From the NCBI RefSeq assembly GCF_006345805.1, contig NC_043000.1, positions 149,296,001 to 149,360,000 of the forward strand: a stretch of DNA of 64,000 nt, in the 5' to 3' direction. Below the pieces are notes generated by a model. That model was not told the DNA's origin. It ran no database searches and saw only the letters and a list, made by a program, of their open reading frames with translations. The DNA comes from Octopus sinensis. Taxonomy: Eukaryota. This document shows, piece after piece, positions 61,750 to 64,000 of this stretch (its first letter is position 1; every line of letters starts with the position of its first letter). The position numbers and the translations under genes were made by a program.

Positions 61750-64000
61750 TTATTGCTTATTTAGCTTGGGTTCGAATTTATCAATAAAATTCTTTTCTCT
61801 GATTTTCCTCTCGATTTCACTTGGGCTGTGTAATTTGTAGAATGTAAATATTATATATATTTTCCGACCACATGTTGCTAGGTGGTTACTCAAAGGTATC
61901 TGACGGACCTCTGGGTCTCTAATCTGTTGTCGGTGTACACTAGAGCGTTCTGATAGTGCATTTCCCGTCTGACCTACATATATTTCTTCACAATTTGGGC
62001 ATTTGATGCAGTAAATTAAATTTCTGCTTTTGGAGTTCATATTCGCGTTTGTGAATATTTTCCCGATTTTTGTGTTTATATATTGGCCGGTATGTATGAA
62101 TTGGCATGTGCCACATCGGCTATCATTGCATTTAGATACAGTGAATGTTTGGTCTTTGTTGCTAAGGTCAAATTTTGCCTTTGTTAGTAATTTTTTCAAG
62201 TTTTTAGGCTGTCTTTTACTAAGAACCATAGCTCGATCCGTAATTATGTCTTTTAATTTATTACTTTGGGCAATGATTGGTAGGTTTGCTTTGGCAATGT
62301 TGAAGATATTCTGGTGACATGGGTTGTGTGTCACTATGAATGGTATGACTCGTTCTTGTTTTCCTCTTCCTTGGGTTGTCCTAAGTTGTTGTATGGGTAT
62401 TTTTATAGCCCGCTGCATGCCATTTTCTATAAGTAGAGATGGGTATTTTTGTTTGAGCAAAAATTCTCTTAGTTCTGTTAGGCGTTTGTTCCTGATATTT
62501 GCATCTTCTATAATGGTAAAAATTCTTCTGGCTAGGCAGTATGGGATGTTGCGTTTTGTATGTGGTGGATGGCACGACTTAAAATTTAGGTATTGATGTG
62601 TGTCTGTGTGTTTATAGTATATATCTGTGGTGATGGTGGTGTCTTTTTTAATTCCCATTATATCTAGGAATGGTAATTTGGTACTACTCATCTCCTTTGT
62701 AAATTGGAGAGATGGGTGTAGGTTGTTCAGGAGGATATTGAACTCTTCCAGAGTATTTAGAGATTCTGTCCAGATTATTAAGCAGTCGTCAAGGTATCTC
62801 TTCCATGCCTTTTCAATATACTTTCTAAATCCAGTGCCATAGTTTACCTCCCACCTTGGTAGAGTTGTTGTTCTAAGTATCCCATTACAGAGTTGGCGTA
62901 AACGGGAGCAAACCTCGTTCCCATTGCCGTGCCTCTAATTTGGATGTAATTCTTTCCATTGAAGAAGAATGTGTTGTTTTCTAGAATAAGTTTGACTGTG
63001 TCTAATATAAATGGCACTGTGAGTCTGCTGGGAATCACTTTTCTATGTCTTCCTAACCAGTATTTAATCGCCTTTATTCCTAAATCGTTTGGAATATTGG
63101 TGTAGAGGCTTACCGCATCAAAACTTAGTAAAACTGAATTTGTTTCTGTTGTTTTGGGAAGATGGAACAGGAAGTCGATGTCATCCCTGATGAAACTAGG
63201 TATGTAAGTACATAGTGGTTTCAAAACAATGTCAATAAAATTGCTTAGTCGGTGGGTAGGGCATGCTGGACCAGCTATGATAGGTCTAAGTTTTAGGTCT
63301 TTTGGATGTAGTAATTTTATGTACTCACTTTCTTGTTCTTTTACTGCCTGTTGAATATCTTTTGATTTATGTATTTTCGGTAAGCCGTAGAAGTTGCTGG
63401 GTTTTGGTTCGAAATTGGTGATGTAGTCTCTTCCATTATCGATAAGTGAGTTGTAGTGTTTTGAGATTAGGTTGTTGATCTTTTTCATGATGTGGTGGTC
63501 TGTATTTGAGGGTATTTCACAATAGAAGGTTGTGTCCTTCAGTTGGTCCTCAACCAAATCCTTATAGTATTCTGTATCCATAATAATAATTGCCCCACCT
63601 TTATCTGCTTGTTTAATTATTATTGTTTGATCGTTTTGTATACGTTTACATGCAGACATCTCTGATTTGTTGATGTTTGGCCTAACATTAGTTTTGTGTC
63701 TAAGGGGAAATTTAGACAGGATATCAATGTATTGGTCAAGATAGTTATTTCTTCCTTTTGGTGGGGTGAAATTTGATTTATTCCTTACTAGGGATTCATC
63801 AATCTCATTACTTTTGTTAGCGAAGAATTCTACAAATCGTAATTTTCGACAGAATTTTTGGATATCCTCCTTTAATTCTTGGTGGTTGGCTGTTGGTGTA
63901 GGTGTGAATTTCAGTCCTTTTGACAGAAGTTGGATTTCATCAATGTCAAGATCTCTTTTTGATAAATTAATTATTTTAGGATCTATACGTTCAGTTGTTT
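61750..64000 (-). mobile_element. Penelope-like element, near-intact RT plus GIY-YIG with one frameshift, running off the window
   Basis: ADKGG, FYGLPKIHK, FDAVSLYT, GTAMGT, RYLDD (62785..62796), CNDSRCGTC and LIY...YVGQT; frameshift near 62850. Confidence 0.92.

Overview
Repeat-saturated eukaryotic DNA with no supportable host gene. The SINE, LINE and microsatellite make-up points to an octopod cephalopod (inference, not database-checked). All annotation was read by eye, and family labels such as SINE-A/B/C/D are mine. Contents: (1) four tRNA-headed SINE families with swapped cores and tails; (2) remnants of CR1-like, RTE, Dong/R4-like and L1/Tx1-like LINEs; (3) four or five Penelope-like elements (PLEs), two nearly intact; (4) DNA transposons: hAT, mariner, maT/DD37D, a GG-ended MITE with an 8-bp TSD, and Helitrons; (5) large microsatellite blocks, which explain most long ORFs in the track. 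The most interesting unannotated signal is a dense set of minimal type-I hammerhead ribozyme (HHR) motifs with palindromic helix III: seven complete motifs and several remnants. Three lie 3' of PLE ORFs and four are ORF-free modules beside microsatellites, with recurring core variants (U4C; a U.U pair at 10.1/11.1). PLE-linked HHRs are known; the density, variants and associated fold-back structures here merit testing. Two LINE-SINE 3'-tail partnerships are also readable directly from the sequence.
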